DNA of 64,000 nucleotides from Epithemia pelagica (lineage: Eukaryota; Protista; Bacillariophyta). Shown here in pieces: positions 23,162 to 34,558 of the stretch (positions are counted from its first letter, which is position 1; each line of letters opens with the position of its first letter). A model generated the notes under the pieces. That model worked only from the letters and a program-made list of their open reading frames with translations, ran no database searches and was not told where the DNA came from. The stretch lies in contig OX337242.1 in assembly GCA_946965045.2 (NCBI GenBank), positions 558,001 to 622,000 on the forward strand, given 5' to 3'. Position numbers and translations under genes: made by a program.

Positions 23162-26100
23162 ATGGAAAGTCGTCATGACAGTTCCGCTAGCAAGCACAAC
23201 ACGACAACAACGACGACGGCTTCCCCATCCGGGACGGTTACGAATCCCTCCTCTGTTGTTCTAAATTCAAGGTCTATTCGATTAACATGTCATCTTCCCG
23301 CTGCCATGACAAACTATGCCATTCGGCAAGGCTTGTGGCGGTCAGCGTCCATACCGATCTAGTCTATCTATTTGAACTAGACAGCTTCTCGCGATGCAAG
23401 AACGATGGGGACGGAACCAACCGAACCATGCCGCGTTTCGCGAATCCAGATTACACAATATCAGTTGGGTTGAATCCCTACGACATTTCCTTTGTTCGAT
23501 ACGGCAACCGTTCCTATTTCGCCGTCCTTTGCTTTCACGACCCTCATTTGTATCTTTTGAATGACACCAATTTGGAAATGGTGCATACAATTTCCCTCAG
23601 CGGAAAGGTGAAAGGGCATGGAGCTTTTTCGTCGGCTGGCAATCAGGATGATCTCTTTATCTATTACCTTATTCCTCCACAGAATCCAAAAAGTAATCCG
23701 TACGATTTTCGCCTTGGTGTGGTGGATTTGCGCATCTTGCAAGATCGAGGTCCCCTTCACATGGATTATGGCAATATATCCTATGGAGGAGCCAGCCAAT
23801 GGTAAAATTCTGTACAATCAAGGAGAAGAGGCCTCCTTTTCGGCCTACAGAATCTTTGAAGAGGAACTCGACCCATTCCAGAAAAGTCATGATGCCGACG
23901 ACTCAACATCCTTGCCCATTTTTCATCTCGTTTACTGCGAGAATCGAATGCGAAGTTGGTGTCCCTATATTCCTGATCCGCACAGTGAGTATGTCGCCTT
24001 TGGAACCGACATTTACGATACCTATCTGGGCTCGCCCCAAACGCATGGTCGCATCAATGCTTCTCTACTACAACCACCATTCATGCTCTACCCTGACATC
24101 CAAGATACTGCGACGATTGATTGTCCCCTCTTTGATTTTTTTGGTCAGATGCAAGAACAAGATGAATTCAATCCTCCCTTGGCGAAACTTGACATACTTG
24201 TCCAAGGCTTTGCTTCCCGTCATCCTCTTGTGTTTGGATTTGCGGCCGAGGGCTTTGACCGCACAAACTTTCTTTCCTTGGAAATGGCCCTTGGTCAGAC
24301 CAGCCAGGGATCCATTGTGGCAGTATGGACCAATGCGTCCGATTTTGCCTACACACCCTACTCCGTGGAAATACCTCCTCCCTTGTTTCAACATGCAGCT
24401 CAAATGGTGGAGCCTGACTTTGAGAGACCACCCAACGCCCAATTCGTCGGCGGCTTGTTGGTCAATGATGCGTCCGAGGAAGTTGTGTTGGCCCTTGCCG
24501 ATCGGATTGCAATTGTTCCCTTTTCCTGTTTTCTTCTGGATTCCACCCTCAAGGTCAATACCACACACTTTACTCGGGGAAATGGATTACAAACCATGGC
24601 ATTGCAGTTTGACAAGGAAGTGTTTTCCCTCCGATGGGAAAATTTGCCCAAGGGTGCCATGTACGATGCAGTCACTGACTGCCTTCGTTGGAATCCCACG
24701 ATTGAGCAGGTGGAATCTCATTCCGTCACAGTCCTGTTGGTCCACAACGCCCATGAATCAGTATGTGAGTTCACGCTGCAACTCACAGTCAGTGTCTTTT
24801 CCCAGTTTCAACTCCCTCATTCGGTAGATCGAATAGCGGTTAACTCGGAAGGAACTATTGCTCTTGCCGTTGGCGAATCTCACACAAAGTAGACGCAAGA
24901 TGGTATGACAGAAACTAGCATGAGGAACATGATGATGTTATCTTCGGTCCATATGGACAGGGGTATTGTTGTAACCAGGTCATTGGGATATGAGACAAAG
25001 CCTTCGTTTCTACTGGTTGAGGATGACCTTGCGGTGGTAGTGGAACAAGACTGTTACAGAGTTGAGTTTTTTAATGCTTCTTTGTTGACGACGCTAAACA
25101 CAATCAACGTAACAGGCTATTCCACATGCGCCAATTTCGTCGTGGAACGGAATTATCTCCATATCTGCAGGGACTGCCAACCACAAGGGCCTTCTTTTGA
25201 TCTGTCCAACAAGAACAACATTTAACTCGTTAGTCTACCACCTCCTTATCATTCTGCAGGGTTTGCCACCGGTGCGCCTTTTGCGGCGGGTGTCATCGAC
25301 CACGGGATTCTCTGGGATCATGTCCATACCGACCAAGCACTGCTGGCGCTTGATCCAGGACCCTTTGTGGTGGGATCTCTCATGGCATCCACCGGAGAAT
25401 TCAATCCGTGGGTGCGACCGCCCAATTTCAAGGGCTCTCTTCAACAAGTCTTCAATACTATCGAGGGTCCCTTACCTTCTGCCTACACTTTGACTCACCC
25501 AGAAGAAGTTCCGGGTGCCGGAATTCTTTTCCAGCTTGAAATTGATTGTGAACATCCACAGGAAAGTTGCACAAACGTGAATGGAACGCTTCGTGTCTTA
25601 GATCTGACAGGGCGTGTCGTGGACAGCCTTGGGTTCGTAGAAAACGCTCCAACCGTTGCTGATGTACATGGTGATGGCAAGAACAAGAGCATCGCTGTTG
25701 GTTTCGACAATCATATTTATCACTGGACGTATCAGGACAAACCCCGCTTAGGCAACAATACCTCCTTTCGTTTTGAAACACGACAGGATATCTTCCGGAT
25801 CGAGCCTGGTTCTACAGTGACCCTTACTCATCGTGTCATTGGCGGAACCGATTCGATTCAATTTTCCATGTCGTTTGATTACTTCTTTTCCCAGCAATCG
25901 GATGTGATCAATGTTGAGTCTGTTCGTGATATAGCATGTGTAAACGAATCGACCGGAACGGTCACGATCGATGGTGACAAATTCGCGCGTCAAGCCTTGA
26001 ATGTTCTTGTTGGGTATTCCAAACAGAATGGAATTCCTGATGTACAGGATCCGCTCCAGACGATGGACCCATGGGAGTATCTTGCCTCTCCAGAGCAACG

Positions 26101-26296
26101 GCTATCTCGTGGTGCCGGGGAATTGCCGGTATCACTGCCCATTGTGATTGGTGCCACAGACCGTAGCAATGACGAAGAAGCAACACTCATGTACTACGTT
26201 TATATGGTGGTCCATCTGGAGGATGTTAAGAATGCCATGAAGCATCAATCCAACAAGACAAACGTCACTGGAGGCATCTGTGTGGTGGAAGATTAG
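23162..26296 (+). pseudogene. Large mosaic adhesin-like gene (beta-propeller-like repeats, He_PIG/cadherin-like Ig domain, FG-GAP-like motif), interrupted
   Basis: In-frame intron 23272-23330. Frameshift near 23790 (YGGA|ANGKILY). Further breaks at 24892 and 25225 may be introns. Ig-like block SLRWENLPKGAMYDAVTDCLRWNPTIEQVESHSVTV and FG-GAP-like PTVADVHGDGKNKSIAVG. Confidence 0.5.
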
Positions 26297-26370
26297 AGAT
26301 TAGCTATACACTCTACAATAACAATTCGAAGAACATCTAATATCTAATCGTACCCATCTCTCCCATATTC

Positions 26371-27510
26371 GCCATTAGAGGTCCGCAGAAACAAGGACAG
26401 CAGACAGACTAAACCTTAACTCTACTGTGTGAAGTCTACCGCCCGTCTCACCTGCCACGCGTCTAAGTAATCCTTCCATTGGAAGGGCCGGCGTCGAAAT
26501 GACAGTTGGTGGTTGGCGTCACGATTCAAATTTGAAATTTGGGATGCTCTCATCTCTCATCTCGTATCTCGTCACAAAAAATCTTGACATCGAACATTGA
26601 AACATGAAGCGAACGAATCGTCGCGACCTGACACCTGACACCTGAAGCAGTATTCTTTCGAGTTTCTTTCTAGCATGCCGCTTGTTAGGACTAGCTTGTT
26701 TCTTTCCCATGTAGGATAATAGTGGACCTTTTAATCTTCCAGAGCATTTCTTGCTTCGTTGCAGCTTATGTCCCCATTCAACAACCCTGACCCTCAGCAA
26801 CACCCTCGAAAATACACCCAAACCACGGCTCTGAGCAAATCCTGTCGACTCTGTCATCCATAGAGACTTGGACTAGACTGATCTTGATAATATTGAATAG
26901 TTGGAGTAATGGCAAGATGACGGATGGCTTATTTGTACGGTGTTTGTGTATCCGACACAACCAAGTAGGCATTCAGTCGTCGACAGGAACAATGAATGAG
27001 ACTAACAAAATGAAGAGAGTGCTACAGAAGAGAAGAAAGTGGCCAACAAGCAATCAACCATCTCTAAAAATATAGCAAAAAAGAGTTGTGACGGATTACC
27101 ACTGTTCTTTACTTGAGCGAGACAAAGTCGAAAGACCAACCATCAACAGGGACAATGGGAGGGATTAAATGGATAACAAGTGATCATATTTATCCTATAT
27201 GGGAAGGACGCAAGCTACTTCTAACAAACAGCGTGTTAGAAAGAAACCCGCCAGAAGGCTGCATCAGGTTGCTTCGATTCTTTCGCTTCATGGTTCATGT
27301 TTCATGGTTCGATGTCAAGATTTTTTGCGACGAGATGAGAGCATCCGAAATTTGAATCGTGACGCCAACCACCAACTGTCATTTCGACGCCGGCCCTTCC
27401 AATGGAAGGATTACTTAGACGCGTGGCAGGTGAGACGGGCGGTAGACTTCACACAGTAGAGTTAAGGTTTAGTCTGTCTGCTGTCCTTTTTTCTGCGGAC
27501 CTCTAATGGC
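26371..27510. mobile_element. Foldback/MULE-like non-autonomous element with ~350-bp terminal inverted repeats
   Basis: 26371-26533 and 27348-27510 are reverse complements with about one mismatch. Diverged inverted similarity with indels continues to ~26720 / ~27188. No TSD and no coding remnant found. Confidence 0.8.
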
Positions 27511-27765
27511 AAATCCTTTATTCGACTCTACGACTACGTAGAACGACATCCTCTCGCCTCACGCCTCCAACAAATTTACCATAGAGCGTGTATTGATCAC
27601 TGTCGAATAATCTTCTCTGTTGGAACCACGTGGAGAAGAAAGAAACAACAGGATATAGCGATCAATCTGAAGCAATTCAGTATTCAGTGTCTACTAGAAC
27701 ATTCTTTCCCTTCTGTTTTCTCCAGGACAAGAAGCGCTTTTCTTCTCGCTAACTGTCAAGGAACA

Positions 27766-28023
27766 ATGCTTCTCCGATTTGCTGCAACGGCTGTCATCCT
27801 TGTATCGTCGACAAACATTTTCGCCCTTTCTTCGAACCCAGACGACAACAACTACTTGCGACGAAACGAAGACGATCTTGCTGTACACCGTGATTTAGCT
27901 GGTACTGAGTTTGCTCTGGAACAACACATAGACCAAAGAAGACGCCAACAAGACGGTGGAAACACCCGTTCCTACCAACACCCACAACAACGACGAGTCC
28001 TCTCCAAGCATTGTCGTTCTTGA
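27766..28023 (+). CDS. Short or truncated secreted-protein ORF
   Basis: Signal peptide MLLRFAATAVILVSSTNIFA followed by YLRR…HRDL, which resembles diatom pro-peptides. The frame ends after 85 aa. Confidence 0.35.
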   Translation: MLLRFAATAVILVSSTNIFALSSNPDDNNYLRRNEDDLAVHRDLAGTEFALEQHIDQRRRQQDGGNTRSYQHPQQRRVLSKHCRS

Positions 28024-29601
28024 TTTACGATCTAAGGGTGATACTAGTGATGGACTCTTTGTCCTTGATACAGCCAGACTTTGCAGAGAGGATCATAGCG
28101 AAAAAGAGATAGAACCACGCAAGACAAAGAGCGAACGATGACCACGTCACGGAATGCATCGATCGCGCTTCTTCTCGATTGAGCGGCCTATATGCGACGG
28201 CTCATTCGCTTTTGTAGGACGCGGTCGCATCACAATGGGCATCTCATCTCCACAATAATGACATTCGACATTTGACGCTCTAACCGTAGTAAGGTTAGAA
28301 GATAGAGACAACCTCTCTCGAGCCTCTTTCTAGAGTCGTAGACCAGGATGTCATTCGTCTCCAGAACGAGCTCCCGCAGGGGTTGTACAGGGGTATGTAT
28401 GATGGAACGTTGCGCGAACACGCAACTCGTACTAATTACCTACTCCTATCGCCTTGCCATTTTCATAGAGCTTTCCTATTGTCAGGATGCTATAGATGCA
28501 AGACAGACGGATGATTTTCTGATCATTGTGCCAGGGTTCCGAACCATATTGTTCAGACCATGCAAATTATAGTGTTGTCACAAAACTCGTATATTTCCCC
28601 TCATGATGTATCCTTCGAATCATATCACGATAAGAAGCTTCCCTTTACCAACGGTAGTCCATACCACTTCGTGCCTTTGAGTGGTGATCATGATGAGGGT
28701 ATGTTGGTTCTGTCGCGTGTCTGGTTCATCCTCCGTTGCCTCGTTCTCTCTCTCTGTCTCTCTTCGTCCATCATCGTGCCGTGCTTCTTGGATCCCCAAT
28801 GGGTAGGTATACCGAATGGGCATCCATTTTGGAGTATTGCCTTCCCCTCCGATGCAAAAGCTTTGTGTCTGAAATGTCACTGGGTCTTGGGATCTAATGA
28901 CCACATCACAATCGCTCCTTTCCTCTCCACATTCCAGGTTCGGTCATTGTCGTTGGTCATCGGACCTTGGGACTTGGGACAATGGCTTGTAGCACATATT
29001 CATTATCATTCCCGGTTAGGGCAATACAATAATAGATGACAAAAAACTTCGAATACGCCCAACAAGAATCAAATAGGTCCGAAATCCGGAGCCGCAATCC
29101 CGCAACAAATGCCACTGGAGAGCTTCCAAAATCACTTGCCTCTCATATGAGAACAAGAGACGACGAAGAAGAAAGGCACAATGAAACTTGGTTGGCTTGT
29201 AGCGTTCATTTGCTTGGTTGTAGCCTCCGCTGACGGGGTGGCAAAAGACTGTCCCGATGCCGAGCACACGTGTGGTCCTTGTTGGGGTAGGTGATATATG
29301 CGCACACAAAATAAGAATAGGGTGTCGTGGATGGTATAGACACAATTCATTCCGGAATGGTGGTGGTTGGGTCGTCGGTTGTGACGACTGGCCATGCCGC
29401 CAAACAAGACGCGCGTCTTCTCTCCTCCTAACACAAAAGAATAACACAAGTAGCTCGAGCGATTTCGAAACATTGGTTCTCACAAAAAGTCTCTGGCTGT
29501 TTCTTGTTCGTTACCAGGTGAAGCGGACGAGTACGATCCGGATACCACGGATCCCTAACCACTACTCATCCAGTCTATTGAAGAGGATGAGAACAAACAT
29601 T

Positions 29602-30369
29602 GGGTCTTGACTGAAATGTTTTTATCATAAACATAACATAAAACATAAACACAAAGTTTTTGCCTCGTTATGTTATGTTTATGTTTATGACTGCCCATGC
29701 CACTGAAACTCTTTGAAACATAAAACATAATAGCAAAACATAAAACATAACAGCGGGAACACAAAAATTCTCCAAAGTTTCCCCCCACCTCAATCCGACG
29801 CATCTCTATCTCTATGCTTTTGCCTTGCTTTTCTTTGGCATCAAAAAAGAGGTGCTAGTGTGATGGTCAAGCTTGATGATTCTTCTTCCTTCTTCCTTCT
29901 TCCTTCTTCCTTCTTCCTTCTTCCTTCTTCCTTCTTCCTTCTTCCTTCTTCCTTCTTCCTTCTTCCTTCTTCCTTCTTCCTTCTTCCTTCTTCCTTCTTC
30001 CTTCTTCCTTCCTTCTTCCTCATCAAGCATTGAGCGGAAGTGACATACCCAGCGTACCAGTGTATCGTGTATCATCTATCATCTTGGCAAAGTTCCAACA
30101 AGAGAGTCCCATGAATCTGGTGGGGAACTCGTGTCCATTTTCATGCGCATGCCCGGTGTTGGGCATGCGTTGAGAATTTTTCGGATGTGTTTTGTGTTAT
30201 GTTTGAACACAACGGTTATGAGGCATGAATTCATGCCTCATAACCAAGCGACGAATCATAAACTCAAACATAACAAATAGGTTATGAGCGGGTTATGAGC
30301 CCTACAAAAATTTGCGTTGTGTTTATGTTTTATGTTATGTTTATGATAAAAACATTTCAGTAATGACCC
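29602..30369. mobile_element. MITE, PIF/Harbinger (PHIS)-like (768 bp)
   Basis: TIRs of ~53 bp start GGGTC (2 mismatches in the outer 9 bp, then 44 bp perfect: CTGAAATGTTTTTATCATAAACATAACATAAAACATAAACACAA). Flanked by a 3-bp direct repeat ATT (29599-29601, 30370-30372). Many subterminal CATAA/TTATG motifs. Confidence 0.85.
29884..30020. repeat. 7-bp tandem repeat (TCTTCCT)n, about 18-19 units, inside the MITE
   Basis: Read directly from the sequence. The minus strand translates as (KKEEGRR)n. Confidence 0.95.
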
Positions 30370-32233
30370 ATTCATTACACAAAGACACACACACACACAT
30401 TCTCGAGAGTCATGGCGCGTGGTTTCGAGAATCTGCCATTGTGTGTACAGTCAGTGCAGCCGGGGATGGCCACCTGTGTATAGATACGTACGGGTGATTA
30501 CCAAGATGAGTGTGGATTTTTTCGAGTTTCTCATGATAACTTTCACCGACCTTGGAATCTATAGTATCCTAATGGTCGAACAACAATTAGGAGAATGGGA
30601 TACATGGTTTGTTTTACTTGAGCCTTCTCCTAGAGGTAGAGGAAAGGAGGGAACATTCTCCCTAGTCCAACCAGTGTCCTCTTTCTTACATGATTGCTCC
30701 TTGCACTGGTAGTCCACTATCGTTGCCCAAACACAGGGACCAAATAGCAACCGAGTCTGCAATCGCCCAAAGTGGCATCCTCGGTACTCCTGATAACTTC
30801 GACCGGCCATGGAATATCGTAAATGGTATTACAGTTTATAATGATATACATGTTTGTTTTACTTGAGCGTCCCGCTTGCTGATTCCTCACGATCGGGCAG
30901 CGATTTCCCCAGTCATTTTACGACCTGATCGTATCACCAAAAGGACATTATTGCTCTAAAGGCGTAAGTAATTGGACTGCTGTAGTCATTGGTGGAATGT
31001 TCGTCTGAGTTCAGTATGAACGGAACGGGTGGGCCGTAAGGCTTGGGGTCTGGGGTGGGAATTTCCAGAAAGACCAGCTGTACCGAAAACGGGCGGACAC
31101 TAGAGTAAAAAGTACAATTGAGAAAACATGGCGGTTGATGAAACGGTTAAATATATATGGCAATGATCTAGCAATGAATATTTTAATGGTCAGTCACGGT
31201 ATGATTTGTAGTTGTACCTCCAACCGCGTAATTTGCGAGTAAGGTCTCACCCTTGACGTATCCATCATATTAATGTACGACTCCCAACCATCGATCTATG
31301 ACCACTACAAGCGTTTTTTGTGTTGAAGCCTGTAATTTGACGTTGAATGACGTTACGAGTTCCCCGCTCCAGCAGTCTCTCCAAAATCGCTAAGTGCTCA
31401 TCCCCATGAAATACTCGTACACCATGACGAACAGTCGGCCGCCGCAACAGCAAACAAGGAAAAGGGGTAGTAGTACCAAAGGGGAACTGGACATTGTACG
31501 GAAACGATCAAGGGAAGAGGACGACGATAGCAATTCCACTTCTCCAACACCAAACGAGCAGCCGCCGCCACCGGCAAACAACTGTGTGTCACCATCACCG
31601 CCACCAGCACGACGCCGAATCTTGTAGATTCCAAAACCCACCAAGGAACAAGGAACCCAACAGCAGCAGCAGCAGCAGCATCGGCAGCAGCAACGAGCTC
31701 AACGGGCAGTTGCAACAAACCATAGTACCAACATACGAATAACTACAGTTAGAGTGACATCCGAGAATCTCTGTCGACGGGTTGACTTGTTGGAACAACA
31801 AGCACAGCAGATAATGTCGACAACAACAACGACAGAGGATCCCATGTCTCTCCTCCATCACAGAAAAGAAAGGTTGCTACCACAATGAGGGAAGCGCCAA
31901 CAGCGACAGCGGATGACAACAAGACGTTGGTGGCACCACCAAGCGCTGCTTGTTGTTCCGCCGATGCTGAGTTTACTCGTCGCTTGGTGGCGGGACTGCA
32001 GAATCCTCAACTGATGGCGGCACTTCGAGAAGCATTCGCTCCCGAATTCGAGGAGCTCAAAGGAAAGTACCAGCAGCTCAAAAGGAAAGTACCAGCAGCT
32101 CAAAAGGAAAGCATGTTTCCTCTGTTCTTGTGACTCTTTTTGTTTAGTCTTCGAAAAATTTTCTAAGAGTAAACGAAAAGAGTCACAAGAACGAAACAAA
32201 TCATTTGGCGAGCGATTCATGGATTGGCCTTCT

Positions 32234-32309
32234 ATATTGATAATGAAGATAAGGAATCTTTAATGAACTGCCCAGTTCATTAAAGATTCCTTATCTTCAT
32301 GATCAATAT
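32234..32309. repeat. 76-bp near-perfect palindrome (37-bp arms, 2-nt spacer, 1 mismatch)
   Basis: ATATTGAT-A-ATGAAGATAAGGAATCTTTAATGAACTG cc CAGTTCATTAAAGATTCCTTATCTTCAT-G-ATCAATAT. Confidence 0.95.
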
Positions 32310-32601
32310 CAACATTTTGTCGCATGACGGTGATTTCATCAATGTCATCTATCGAACTCCGGACGGAAAGTCAACGAACCGAGACGGAAATAGCTTTCAG
32401 AAAACAACACGAGCGATCAAAGAGTACCAAAAACTTTTGGAAGAAAAGTCTGTGGAAAATCTCCCCTGGACCACCTTGGCTGATGCGCTGGAGGAAATTG
32501 TCAAGGCGTTTACATCTAAGGGTGTAGAGGTTATGACAGCGGCGAAAGATGAAGTTGTGACCGAACTCGAAAAATTGGCTGGAGACAAGGCCGACAAATG
32601 A
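32299..32601 (+). CDS. Small hypothetical helical protein
   Basis: Intact 100-aa ATG-to-TGA ORF with protein-like composition in an otherwise broken region. The ATG lies in the palindrome's right arm. Confidence 0.4.
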   Translation: MININILSHDGDFINVIYRTPDGKSTNRDGNSFQKTTRAIKEYQKLLEEKSVENLPWTTLADALEEIVKAFTSKGVEVMTAAKDEVVTELEKLAGDKADK

Positions 32602-33398
32602 AAGAAAATCGAAACACAACAGATCCACTCGAACGGAACTTCTCCCAAAATTCGGGGGAGGAAACTCAAACTGTGGTAGTCCTCGAATAATTAACCAAAC
32701 GAGGAGGACGAGTAGTAGCACCGCCCCAATTCACCGAGACGACAACACGAGAAGGACACGAAAAGAGTGGCCAAGCAGAATCCGTCCAAGAAATGTCTTC
32801 GTTCGTTTGGAACCACTCGTAAAAGAAACCAGAAAACAAGCAAATTTCGATGCGCCTCCCAAGGAACGAACGGACTTGGACCAGAAACCGACGGCTCGAG
32901 ATGAATTGGACATTGATAAAACGGATGACAATGAGGATGAATCGTCTTTGGTCGTCCGTTGCCTCGTCCCAAGGATCCTCGCAATCGTCCACAGTCTTGG
33001 CATTATCAACATCAACAGTATTGTCGGTGGGGCAACGCAAAAACGGAGTAGGGAATTCCTCTGGTACATAAGAGGAAAGCTCCTCTCGATCCAGCAGCCG
33101 AGGCCACGCAAACCAACCGCCACCACGATCCCCGCCAAACCGACTGTGGATGCTTTTCGCTAGTCACACGACAATACCCACTCCGCCATGATACTCCAAG
33201 CCAAAACCACGACAACCTCGGATGAATCGGACTATTGAGGCTCAACTGTTGGCGTCCAAAAAGGGCTTTCGTTCGCGACTCTTTTTGGCATCCACCGCCC
33301 ACAACAACAACAAGGACGCCGACCGACGCCACGAAACAGGACGACCATAAAAGTCCATTGTCTAGGGACGAAACATCTCTCTTGTTGTCGTCAGTTTC

Positions 33399-33435
33399 CA
33401 AGAAGAAGAAGAAGAAGAAGAAGAAGAAGAAGAAG
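33399..33435. repeat. (AAG)n microsatellite
   Basis: About 12 consecutive AAG units. Confidence 0.95.
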
Positions 33436-34335
33436 ATGGCATTACAATTCCATCACAACAGTAAGGATCCTGACACGGCCGACGATCAAACCACTACCAA
33501 CGATTCAGTTTCGGCCAGACACACTTGACAACAACAACAGCAACGGCCTCTGGAACATGGTGTGTCGGATCCGAGTAATGGCTTCTTGTCGATGTCATTG
33601 TCATCACACGGTGGAGATGAAAGTTCGACCACCGCAACCGAGAGGGGCAGTTTGGCAATGCCAACCAGTTCCCAAAGCCCACGTCGTCGTCATTGGGACG
33701 CACCAAAAGTGCTCGACTCAAACTGCGACGACAACAAAAAGAACAGCTGCAGCAGCGGCAACCAAACAAAGAAGGTCCACAGCACCAGGACGATGATGGC
33801 GTTCCCCAACAGTCGCGGAGAAAGGTAGGGTTGTGGACTGCCTCGTGACGATGACCAAAGTTGGACCGTGAATGCTACAATCAATTAATCAAGCATCAGC
33901 AGTTCCGTTCCATCCTATTCGTCCCTTTCCTACACCTCCTCGTACACGACATCTCATAATAGTACACGAATGACACGACGGTGCTATGTCAATGCCCCCA
34001 CCACACTCCACGACGACAACGAGACGGTTGCGATCAAAACATGCAGGACCCGTGGAGGAACCACTGGCCGACAACAACGAGAGCATGACCGAGTCGCCCA
34101 CAATGGTGGAGTGGGGGCCAATGTCTACAATTTGCAAGACGATGGTCAACTACAACTCTTGGCGGACGAAGTATCCTTTTTGTGTGAGGGATTCTGGGAA
34201 AATATTGAATCAGGATCCATCCTAGAATTGGCCTGGCTCTTGAGTCTAGAACGCAACCGGAACCTGTTGTGTAAGTCAAACCATGTGGAGGCCTGTGCTG
34301 GTGCTTCTGCCACCTTCAAGCTATTTTGGATTTGA
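33436..34335 (+). pseudogene. Fragmented gene with a WAPL-like (cohesin release factor) segment
   Basis: Low-complexity N-terminal pieces lie in different frames, followed by VYNLQDDGQLQLLADEVSFLCEGF…SILELAWLLS…NRNLL. This resembles the start of the WAPL domain as I recall it. The frame stops soon after. Confidence 0.35.
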
Positions 34336-34516
34336 TGGGGCAATTGCCTGTAACTCTCCTTCAACAACAACAGCAACAAGAACCATCCCTTCTCACCAAT
34401 ACGCCGGAGGATGCCTTGCTTCCCCTGTCTTGTGAAACGACACCAGATGGAGTACCGAATCGACATGACTACGAATGCAACAATCATACGAGGCAAATCG
34501 GAAACAAGCGGCGACA

Positions 34517-34518
34517 GC

Positions 34519-34557
<39 letters not shown>
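34517..34557. repeat. (CAA)n microsatellite
   Basis: About 13 CAA units. Confidence 0.9.

Positions 34558-34558
<1 letters not shown>

Noticed and set aside
26376-27505. Classing the foldback element as hAT (TAGAG ends) or Tc1/mariner (TA TSD)
   Set aside because: Inverted symmetry continues beyond TAGAG/TA, and the flanking 8-mers are inverted rather than direct repeats.
28230-29030. Retroelement or 2OG-oxygenase remnant on the minus strand
   Set aside because: Only short stop-ridden peptide stretches are present, with no RT, integrase or complete catalytic motif.
31075-31105. Helitron 3' end (hairpin then CTAG)
   Set aside because: The hairpin is only 3-4 bp, CTAG is followed by A rather than T, and no matching 5' TC end was identified.
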